This document shows positions 54,514 to 64,000 of a stretch of 64,000 nt of DNA, in pieces. Within the stretch, counting starts at the first letter, position 1. Each line of letters begins with the position of its first letter. The stretch is from Acanthaster planci (taxonomy: Eukaryota): NCBI RefSeq assembly GCF_001949145.1, contig NW_019091356.1:2674932-2738931 (forward strand), given 5' to 3'. The notes under the pieces are model-generated. The model saw only the letters and a list, made by a program, of their open reading frames with translations. It did no database searches and had not been told where the DNA came from. The translations under genes and the position numbers were made by a program.

Positions 54514-56850
54514 GGAAGCACTTACAAGTGATTCAGTAACGGCTGTAAATATTCCAGCAACATTGATCTGAAGTTGATTCCCTGAACAGCTAACCCAATT
54601 GTGAGTCAGCAACTTCAGCTGGCCTATTTGAATGTGACGTAAATTTTTGTCCAAAGATGAATTGCTTCTTTTGTTTTGTGACCGGAGATGTCCAGTGTTT
54701 ACTTACATTGGGTGGTGTCTGGGGCTGAGAGCTTTGCGGGAGTGGATTGTTTTCACACATTGCAATTTTGGCTGTCAAGAAGGAATATTTATTGAGATGT
54801 GGAATTGGGAACTCTGAATTGACGCAGCATTTTTTTGGGGGGGGGGAGTGGAGGTGTTGTGGTTTGTCTTGTTCAATATCTTTACATCTGCAGGGTTCTA
54901 GGGTCATGTGAAAAGTTGAGACGCCTGTAAAGTGAATCCCACACTTAAAGAAAATCTTCAGAGCCACTGGCTATTTATGAACTTAAACGCGCAGTCACCC
55001 ACTAATGAGTTTGAAAATTTATGTATGCCCTTGTTCAGAAGCAACACATTATCAGATCTCTATGTATATTTTGTCACTCAATTTTCCGGGGCAAAACCAG
55101 AGCATTTTCAGCTCTTTATATTGATGTTTTGCTTGTTTTTGCGTCCATCAAATTCAGGCATAATGGTGTCAGTTTCCTTTGATGCCCGTTGTGTAAGTGT
55201 TTTTTTTTAAGGCCTCATCCTCAAAAAATGTTCTGATGACTCGTGACTCATTCAGTTTGGTTGGATTATGTAATTTTGGATTGAACACTTTAGAATAAAA
55301 CTGAAACAAATCAATGGTTAAGTGTTGTAATGTCTGAGGGCAATTTAGTTTTCCTTTCCCAAGCATTCCAATACTTCGGCATTTCTGTAATCCGGAAAAA
55401 TTCACAGAGATGGGGTTTGTATGTGTCGGTGAATGCCAAGTATTGGCGGCATTCGCGGTTTGCTCTACCGCCATATAATTGAAATTACATGAATGCCGTA
55501 CACGCAGACCTGGGTATGCACCGGGTGTCGGCGACTCTCATGAATTTTCAATGGGATGGACAAAATGCCAAGGCCGGAGTGGTTGGAACTCTTTACCTTG
55601 AGAGCGCTGCCTACGATCTCTTTGTTGTCTCAGTGGTACCTTGTCAGTGGGAGAATAAGTCAAGCCCCTCTCCTGGCCTTGCCGAGATGGGCAACAGGTG
55701 CTCCAGACACAATATCATTTTCAGTCCCCCTTCCTTGTTTGCCAAGAACATCCTGTGAAAAACAAGCGTCTGCACCTCAAGTGCCAAAGAGAACCTCCTG
55801 AGCTTCCCTCCCCCTCCCCCCAATAAAATTGAAATAAAATGTCAGGCATCCATACATGCACAGCTGCGACATTGCTTCGCTCTGTTTTGTTTGGATTGTG
55901 AAGGTAAATATTGGATCTCTTCCGTGTCTTCTTGGTGGCTTCAGGTTTCATGTTTGTGTTTTACCGTGTGACCTCAGTTTTCCTGTTTCTTCATTGTAAT
56001 TTCTTTCCGAGAGAGGTTTACTTTTCATCAGCTCATCAAACATGTTTGTGATTAATTGCAGTTTTGTGTTCATCTTGCACTAATATTGTGATTTGCATGC
56101 CGTTTCGTATTTGCTTGTGATAATGTTACGGCGATGCGTATTCACAAACACATCTCTAATGAAAATATATTAAAGTTCTTTGTAAGCGCAGTATTAAAAT
56201 GAAATATATAAAAAAAATTTTGATCTTTTTACCTTGAAAGTAGATACTTTTAAACCATACATGCAATTGTTATTTTATTATTTCTGACCATTTTACCTGT
56301 CACATTTTTCAAATTTAGTTCAATCCATCTAAGAAACAGTTTGTTGCTCTGTTAATTTGAATTTAATTATGACTGAGTTGATTTTACTGTCAACATTTTT
56401 GTTGTTTTTAAAAGAGTTCATTTAGCCATCACCTGCAAAGCCAAACACCCTTTTTAAGCCCTTACTGACCGTTAGCCGTGTGCAGCCAGAGCAGAGATCT
56501 ACATGTATGTTATGGTTGCAAACAGCATTTTAAGCCTTTTTGAACAAATGCATACAAAGTTAAAAGGATTTGGAATCTGTCCAGTATGAGCTTTTGGTTT
56601 TGGGAAAAGCATAGTGTAAAAAAATGAATTAATAAATAAAAAAATAAAATAAGCAATCAGGAAAAAAATGAAAAGAAAATCCCTTGTCTGCTGGACCCCT
56701 GTGTAATGATACATGTTGGTCAAGAAAGATTTAAACAATTGTTGAAGTCCCTATGCAAAAATGTCCATTGCTTGTTTTGTTTTTCCACTTTGTACTAATC
56801 GGTTCATCTTGATCCCCATCGTCCTCCGATATCCCCTTTATTCTCTCCAG

Positions 56851-56955
56851 AATGCCAACATCCTGACGGCAGTACTAACCCTGATCAAGGAGCTGGATCA
56901 GGACACCCTGGAGGTGGTTGCCAACGCTTGCAAGGACCGCCTGGAGTCGTTATGA
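56851..56955 (+). CDS. CFAP410: CFAP410/C21orf2-like terminal coding exon: C-terminal helical domain, stop TGA
   Basis: Branch-like tactaat at 56793, then ttctctccag|AATGCC...TTATGA. Encodes NANILTAVLTLIKELDQDTLEVVANACKDRLESL*, matching human [21 protein letters not shown]. Confidence 0.95.
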   Translation, partial: NANILTAVLTLIKELDQDTLEVVANACKDRLESL

Positions 56956-58389
56956 TCCACGGCCGGAAAAACAAAACACCGACCCCGTTCCGCCCCCCTC
57001 TCCCCCTCCCCCTGTATAGATTCACCAACCCTTCCTGTGAGGATACCTTTCCCCCCTTCCCTTCCACCCCCCTCAAGGGCAAAGCAACTTGCAGACAAGC
57101 TGGAGACAGCAGGATCACCATAGCTGGATTGGCCGAGGAGGGCTTGCTCTTGACACGACGACGATAGCAGGAATTGGAAAAAAAAAAAAAAAAAGTCTTG
57201 GCAAAGCTACGGGCCCTATGCAATTACAGTCCCGCAATCAATATGGCTAGAGGTATACTGGGTCCGGTACTGAGCCCCCCCCCACCGCCACCACTGCCAC
57301 TGCTACCGCCTCTCCACAAGAGTGGTGGGTCGACGTGGTTTGCTCCAAGTCAATCATGGATTTGCATAGATGGCTTAAGCCCTTGTCGTTCTGCCAGGAC
57401 ACTGCGCATATCAATCCCCTGGCCAGGTTGCCTGGGTGCAGTACACGATAGCCTCTGCATGACTTGAGTGTATGACCAATCTTCACCTATCTCCCCCCCT
57501 TACCCCACATTTTTCCATATACATGGAATTCAGATTGTCGTTTGTCTCAATTAATGCACTCGGCCATTGAACTGATGCATTTTTTTTCCCTTTGTGTCTC
57601 GTTTTTTTATTATGTGGATTGTCTTTTCACTTATTCGTTGTAGGCTTTTGGTTGGGGTTTAAAATTAAGCTCACTTCAATCCTGGAAAGCTGTCAAATTA
57701 ATGAGAAAAGCATGGGAGTCAGGTCCAGTATTTCAAAAGGACTTTATACGCAGCTGTGACTCATGGATCTTTTTTCCAAAGCCTACTTGGCTTTTTATTC
57801 TTTTCCCTCTATTAATCCAAAGAGCTTTGCATGAATACAACATGAACATGTATAGAATTTTGCATATTTGTTTGCACTTTTGTGTATTCAACAGTTCTCA
57901 TATACCCAGTTTGACCAGTTGAAATCCTCAGTTTTTAGAACTCTCTCTGTCAGAGATGCATACACAGCATATTCCTGTATGAAATGTGGGTGTGCCATTT
58001 TTCAGGTGCCTCCTATTTTTATAAACACATGGCCAAAAGGTAACTCGCCTTCAGAGAGGATCGCATCAAATCTTTAAAATTAGGAAACTGTAAAAGAGTC
58101 TTGCCAGAGGTTTGTTCAAAGTTCTTCTGATGTCTTCTCGTGTCAGTACTATAAGGTCCTTATTGAATTTGCTTTACACGTGAAATCTGGTGATGACAAT
58201 TTCGAGAAATTTATTGACCCCCCAGCCCTAGTCGTACATAGAAAAGTGTCAGGGACATGCTGTGTTTCAGTTGGACATTTCTGTCAATACTGGCTCAAAT
58301 CATGTGACTGTCATCAGGACCCTTTGGCACTGAGCTAACGAAATGAACAACTTGAAATTCAAACATTTTGCCCCTTTAGTGGAAACATT

Positions 58390-58395
58390 AATAAA
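58390..58395 (+). promoter_or_regulatory. Candidate polyadenylation signal for the CFAP410-like gene
   Basis: First AATAAA I found after the stop codon (~1.4 kb downstream), followed by T-rich sequence. Other AATAAA hexamers occur further downstream. Confidence 0.3.
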
Positions 58396-58535
58396 ATGTG
58401 TAATATGCACGTGTTACATACCATACTTTTCCATTTTGGATACATGGAAATAGGAATTGTCCCCCAAGGTGGTTATCCTTTGTCACCATGTTAGGGGAAC
58501 ACTGTTCAGGGACTTTTTGGATGGGATTCAAAACA

Positions 58536-58672
58536 AGTTCACCCATCTAGAGTCCAGATGCCATACAATCCTAATTATCACAGGGAGCTATTTGTATTGG
58601 ACATGAAGCCAGTTCACCCATCTAGAGTCCAGATGCCAGACAATCCTAATTATCACAGGGAGCTATTTGTAT
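58536..58672. repeat. Direct duplication of a 62-bp unit, period 75
   Basis: agttcacccatctagagtccagatgcca(t/g)acaatcctaattatcacagggagctatttgtat at 58536-58597 and 58611-58672, with one mismatch. Confidence 0.95.
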
Positions 58673-59526
58673 AGATCGAGATACCTTACCAACCCTAACA
58701 TTGTGACAGGCCAGTGATACCTGACCTCACGTGTGACCCGATCCCAACCCCGTGTACATCGGAGCAGAAGATTCCGAGAATAAAAATCACCTCAAGAAAG
58801 ATTTCTGCCTTCAAGATTCAGAAGAAACTAAGTAAACAGCCCCGTCATTGCCAGTCTTCTGAACAAGAGAACCTCTGACGCAAACTCCACTGGTGTGGCA
58901 CATTTCTCCAACAGCACGGAGGCACGCGCTGTGGACCACGGCGCATAATTACCCGCACGGCGTCGTTTTCACGGTTGGATTTCCCCCCCCTCCTAAACAC
59001 GCCTGAGGGCATTGAGGTAACACCAAGCGTGTCCACAAGACTTTGCATACAACATACTGAAAGAATCAAGGCATGTCTTGATGGTCACAGCCGTACACTC
59101 ATTATTGGCCTGTGGCTTGTAACTCTGTCAATTTTCATCTGGAGTGATTGAGGTGTTGACAGGATTTGTGTTGAGCTTTCGGAGGTTGGCTGCACTTTGC
59201 TTGGGCTGGTTCCAAGAAACACTGTAAAAATTACTGTAACTTTCCTGTTGATTCAAATAACCCACTTACACAAGTTGAAGGATAATTTGGCAGATGTGTT
59301 TCTAAATCTTTTCATTCAAAGTAAGAAAAAATTTTTTTGTAATGGCCAGAATTGTTCATCTTTTGAAGGGCTAACACTGTAAACCGACACACAGAAGTTG
59401 GGCATTAACTCCTTTTCCAGCCTTTCAGGTGACTTTATGATTTCCACACGTATAATTCATTTGGATTTATGCTCGTTTTGTGGGTTCTGCTGGTTAATTC
59501 AATATATACCTGTTTGCATCATCTCG

Positions 59527-59593
59527 TATGGTGTTTAGTTGTCATGTCTTATGGTGTTTAGTTGTCATGTCATATGGTGTTTAGTTGTTATGT
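59527..59593. repeat. 23-bp minisatellite, ~3 copies
   Basis: Unit tatggtgtttagttgtcatgtc(t/a). Confidence 0.95.
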
Positions 59594-60595
59594 AAATGTA
59601 CATCAGTGCAAAAACACTTCAAGAAGTGCACCTCCTCTGATACGATGTTGCTTTGCGTGACAAATGTGCGTGTGTACATACAGTCAACACATTTAAACAG
59701 TTATGTTGTAGATTAAGGTATACTTTTCAATGAAGGTCGTTTCAGTAAACTCATGTACACATGGTTCACACAAGGGACATCGTTTGGTGTGCTGTTGTGA
59801 TGCCAGGTGGGCTACACAGTTGTGTCCTTCCCAATATGCACTTGAGCAAAGTTTTTGGTAACCAACAGCAGGTCAGCAGGTAAAATCTTACAAGTTGTGC
59901 TTTGTTTGGTAATGATTCCTGGCAGACTTTTGCTGTGACCTTATTCTCTGCCGAGTGGTCCCACTGAATTTGGCCTGACACTCAACAATTGCCAATGTAA
60001 AACTGTTGCAACGTTTCTTGAGTTAGCACACAATAAGCAAACTTTGCACAACAGAGGATCCGGACAAAAGAATCCAACTTACAAATTAATTGCGTCTGCA
60101 GAGAGGAGAGGCAGGAATATTTTCCACAAGTATTTTTGTAAAATTGAGAAATTTTGTAGCACTGTTACCAAGTAACATATTTGCAGAATAAGGCTGAAGA
60201 CAAAATATGGTTGAATTGTGGGATACTGTTCTTGTTAATGCGTGACGTTACCACCATGAATTCCAACAATCTTATAAGCCACATGTACACTTATTTTAAT
60301 AATTGTTATTAATCGGTAATTTTAAAAAGTGTCAGCTGTTTCTAAGTCCTGTATAGTGTTTTTGTATTTGAAAGTGTTCCATGTTTGTATACAAATCAAT
60401 GCAAAACTGGGGGGGGGGACATTGCATTAGTCTGTTCTGCTTCAGTCGGGGGTTTTCCTTGCTTCGGTGGCCGATTTGTATATCGCCTACATGTAACTGC
60501 ATATGTACATAGACACACCTTGATGTAAATACATTTATTATGAAATTGTTAAGGTGACACTGTATAAAAATTGTATGGCCTCGTTTCAGTTTTTA

Positions 60596-60877
60596 CCAAA
60601 GATCGTATAGTGCCGTGAAGCGGCGCAAGATGGCGAACTTCACCGTAAATACACGTACAACGTTGTAATCGCATAGGCGCCATTTGAGCAAGCGATACGC
60701 CTGCGCAATGCACATTAAGGCACAGGCGCCGCGGCAGGCACGTGCACCTGGTGAGCCTGCGCCCAAGCATTACCGTAAACTGCGCAGGCGTATTGCTTGC
60801 TCAAATGGCGCCCATGGTAATTACATCTTTTGGGCAGAGTTATCCATCTTGCGCCTTTGGCACTATACGATCTTTGG
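60596..60877. mobile_element. Foldback MITE with three nested inverted repeats
   Basis: ccaaagatcgtatagtgcc / ggcactatacgatctttgg (perfect 19-bp TIR); ggcgcaagatgg / ccatcttgcgcc; ggcgccatttgagcaagcgatacgcctgcgca / tgcgcaggcgtattgcttgctcaaatggcgcc. TTTA on both flanks (60592-60595, 60878-60881). Confidence 0.85.
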
Positions 60878-61030
60878 TTTATACTGTGTAGTTTTTTGTG
60901 TAATGCTGTTGTGAAGTTATTGTATCACACCGGTGCATCGGTCAAGCTTGGACTTATACATGTACCTGTATGTTGAGATTGAAATGCGAATGAGGGGAAC
61001 TCTGTGGGCGGATCTTGGTTTGCAGAAAGG

Positions 61031-61365
61031 GAGGGGTGCCATGAACTCTCCCAAATCAAAACTTGAACTGGCCGCACCCATGAATAAGGGCAGGCTTCCA
61101 GGAAGAGATGGCGTGCATTTTGTGCAGAGCTTCTCATGAAGAGGGCGTGTCCATGAAGACCCAAAAATCCAAATTTTGAGTGGGCGTACCCAAGCTTACA
61201 GGAGGAGATGGCCTGCTATACAGTTTGCATTTTGTTGAGAGTTTCTCATGAAGAGGGCGTGGCCATGAAGACCCTTAAATCAAAAGTTTGGATGGCCACG
61301 CCCATAAATATTGACTGCTCGGTATAGAGTATACATTTTGCACTGATTAGGAGGGCGTGGCATAA
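61031..61365. repeat. Degenerate ~110-bp tandem repeat, ~3 units
   Basis: Recurring gagggcgtg(g/t)ccatgaa...aaatc(a/c)aaa...tgg(c/g)c...ccca and ttctcatgaagagggcgtg blocks near 61031, 61141, 61253 and 61350. Confidence 0.8.
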
Positions 61366-64000
61366 AGTGACATGCTCCTTTTCTTGCCTGCAGATTAAGC
61401 CAAATGGGGAAACTCTATTACCTGTCTTGATGTGGTAGAAGGAATTGTAGCAATGCTGTAACAGAAGCATTTGGGGCCTTGTAAGGTTTGGACAGTGTAA
61501 AATGAATGAAGATTGACGATGTAAAAATGGATGGGAGAATATGTTATTTTACTCTACTGCAATTAAAAGAATTGAAATTGGAATCTGTGTACAGTTTTAA
61601 ACTCTTGTTTTGTTGTTGTCAGTCACTTTCTGAGCAAGTCAGAACTTGGCCTGTATATTGTTTCCTTCACTAAAACTGAAAATCCAGATTTTTGGGGTCT
61701 AAAACTGCTGTAATCCTGCAGCACTTCCAACTCGCCCGAGGTTGTACATGCACATGGCGTATTGGATCACAAGTACAAAAGCCCCAGATCGGTGCCAATC
61801 ACTGCTGAAGTGTATTTACTCCAAGAGAACCTGGGTTATCCTTTATAACCCTGAGCCTGTTTTGCCTGGGCTGTTAATCTGGTAACACAATCTTGGTATT
61901 TACTGAGGTTTACAATCGCCCGCAAGGAGGGAAACTGGAAAGAACTTAAAAAGAAAATCAACTCGGCCAACATTCAAAGGGAGTGACTGTGGTGTGGTTG
62001 TGGTAGCTGTGCTGTGGGGGGAGGGGAGGGTTGGGAGCATCCGAATAGTTCCGTGCCACTCAGGATTATGGGTAACCCGAGCTCACTTCTGCGTGTTTAG
62101 TCGGTGGTCGGTTCTCCCCAGAGCAGAGTGTGCCGTCGCTCATAATTGGCCTGGTCATGGAGCAGCTGCGCCTAGCTGGTCCGAGGGGACGAAGCTTGCG
62201 GAAGTGGCAAAAATTGTCCTTCTCTTGTGGTGTTGGAGATTTGTTGTTTTCTTTCCCTTCTTCCCCCCCCCCCCCGGAATACAATTCCTGATCTTTTTGA
62301 TAAGTCCATGCGTGACTGGATAGGACAAAAGAACCATGCATTCCCAGTACATTTCTGTTTTTGGACCAGCTAAAATGTGGGAAACATTCATTTGATCTTT
62401 GGCAGGCTGCCGTTTTGATTTTTTCTCCAGAGACAAAATCAGAGCCGAAGAAAAAATAAAATAAAAAGTGATCAAAGAAATTGTGAAAAGGCAAAGTCTG
62501 TCAATATTTGTTACGCAAGGGAATTGTGGTTCAGACCTTGAAAGTGATGACAATAGTAGGTGAGTGTCTGTCAACCGTGAACCGTGATTGTACAATGGTC
62601 TTGCGGTGGGCCGAAAAGAATTGTTTATTCTGTCTGATTGATGGGCACGCTGTTGGAGTACTGAGTGTAGGGGCGGAGCACAACCTCCCACTAAAATTTA
62701 CAGTGTTTTATTTTCTTCTCTGGGAAAGAGTATTCAATTTCATTGTCAAGTTATGACAACACCATTTGCACCGTTTTGTGGAATAAGGTTGGGGTTGAAA
62801 ATTTCGCAGAAAAGCTGTCAGAAAAAGTGTACTTAGAGGCTCTCTTAAAAGGGTAGTGCGAACATACATCTCGTATGAATTTACTACTGCTTGAAATTAC
62901 CTGACGTGCTACTGGTATATCAGTGTGCCATCCCCATTTGCACAGCCTGAAACTTCCTGATAAACCATTGTGGATAGCAGAAGATGTCATACAGGAACTG
63001 TGAAATGAAATATACTCTTGACGCATTTCCAACAGAATGGGCACAAAAAAATTGTGACTGAAAATGCAAGGATCTGCAATCACTATTGCAGCTATGTGCT
63101 ATGCTTTTTTACCCCGTATCTACATGGCTATGTTCTAGTGAACTATCCAATTGGTTGGGTCATCGTCAAACATAATCATCGAGTAACAGTTACTGTAGGC
63201 TTTTTAAAACCTCTGAAATGATACAAAAAGTGGAATTGGACTGGCTGGAACTTATGATGAAAAATATGAGGAAAGATGACCATTACCTGGGAGTTCTTGT
63301 TCTTTGTAGTTATATGGTACCAAAAATATTCTGTTATTTTAATCAGAAGAATTTGGAGGACATCATTTTTATAATTTGACGGTCAAAAGTTCATCTTATG
63401 ACTTTTGATTAAAGTATGCTTTGTTCTGCAATGTGTCAAAACTATTTCTTCTTCCGTTGGAATAAAAACAGATACTTCACTACTTCAGTATAAGTTATTT
63501 TTGAAACAACATAATGCTTTGATTGTGTATTGATAAATGACTGTGCTGTTTTTAACCTAATGTAAAGTTTAATTTTGCATCAAACTTTATGACATTTCAT
63601 GAATGTGTGCCTAAAATTTATTGTGGTATTGTTATAAAAGACAAAGTGAAATATTTCAAAGTATTCAAGATGACATTTGTATTGTGTGTTTACATTCTAT
63701 TCTGTTTTTCTCTAAAGAACTGATTGCTTTTAGTGTTAAACTTTGACAAGCAGGTCTTCAAGAGTCCAAGTGTACTTTCTCTTCTCACATCACCAAGAAA
63801 ATTGCCAATGCATTGTTCAGCTTTTCCACTCCTTATAGAGCAATTGAATATCGTGAAGTAAAAACCTTTGTATCAAACGTTTCTTGTTTTTGAAACTACT
63901 TGCTGCAGACAATTTGATAAAGGCACCAATAAACCTTTGGGAAATAGTTTTGTGTCCGGTCGGAACACATCTACAGACAGAATTTACTTTTCCAACTACA

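Noticed and set aside
58536..59593. Direct repeats considered as a CRISPR-like array
   Set aside because: Only 2-3 units, no series of unique spacers, no cas genes, and a eukaryotic context.
59842..59862. ttgagcaaagttttt resembling the 5' part of miR-87
   Set aside because: 3' half does not match and no convincing precursor hairpin is visible.
62066..62691. 142-aa and 178-aa minus-strand ORFs
   Set aside because: Low-complexity translations of homopolymer-rich DNA with no recognisable homology or splice structure.

Overview
Eukaryotic (animal, probably marine invertebrate) genomic DNA. It is mostly non-coding and rich in TACATG/TACATGTA and homopolymer tracts. Almost all ORFs in the supplied track are spurious. 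One protein-coding gene can be rebuilt on the + strand: a CFAP410/C21orf2 orthologue. Five coding exons have canonical AG/GT sites and consistent phases: a 19-nt microexon (29811-29829), then 45564-45834, 48534-48684, 53296-53383 and 56851-56955 (stop). The first coding exon was not found and probably lies upstream of the window. Spliced product: (W)CGELTDVSIFRQMPNIEVINVSVNSITTLEDFAHCPNLAELYIRKNCIGDLAEIWYLRNLRKLRVLWLADNPCAAGDHYRLTVLRMLPNLQKLDNVLVTNDEVNRAMEHGLDLAPPIASLRWQANGHIAKDKDMRDSSVEISLDETNKIREELGLKPLPVDKLSPAKHRTGSSKGRNANILTAVLTLIKELDQDTLEVVANACKDRLESL*. The most striking signal appears only after splicing. The linker carries ISLDETNKIREELGLKPL, a close match to the HIND (Hub1/UBL5-interacting) motif of the spliceosomal protein Snu66/SART1. 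The introns and flanks also contain several non-autonomous DNA transposons (hAT-, piggyBac- and Ginger-like, plus an unclassified two-copy MITE) and local tandem duplications. No rRNA, tRNA or CRISPR was recognised. Comparisons with known proteins are from memory, not from database searches.
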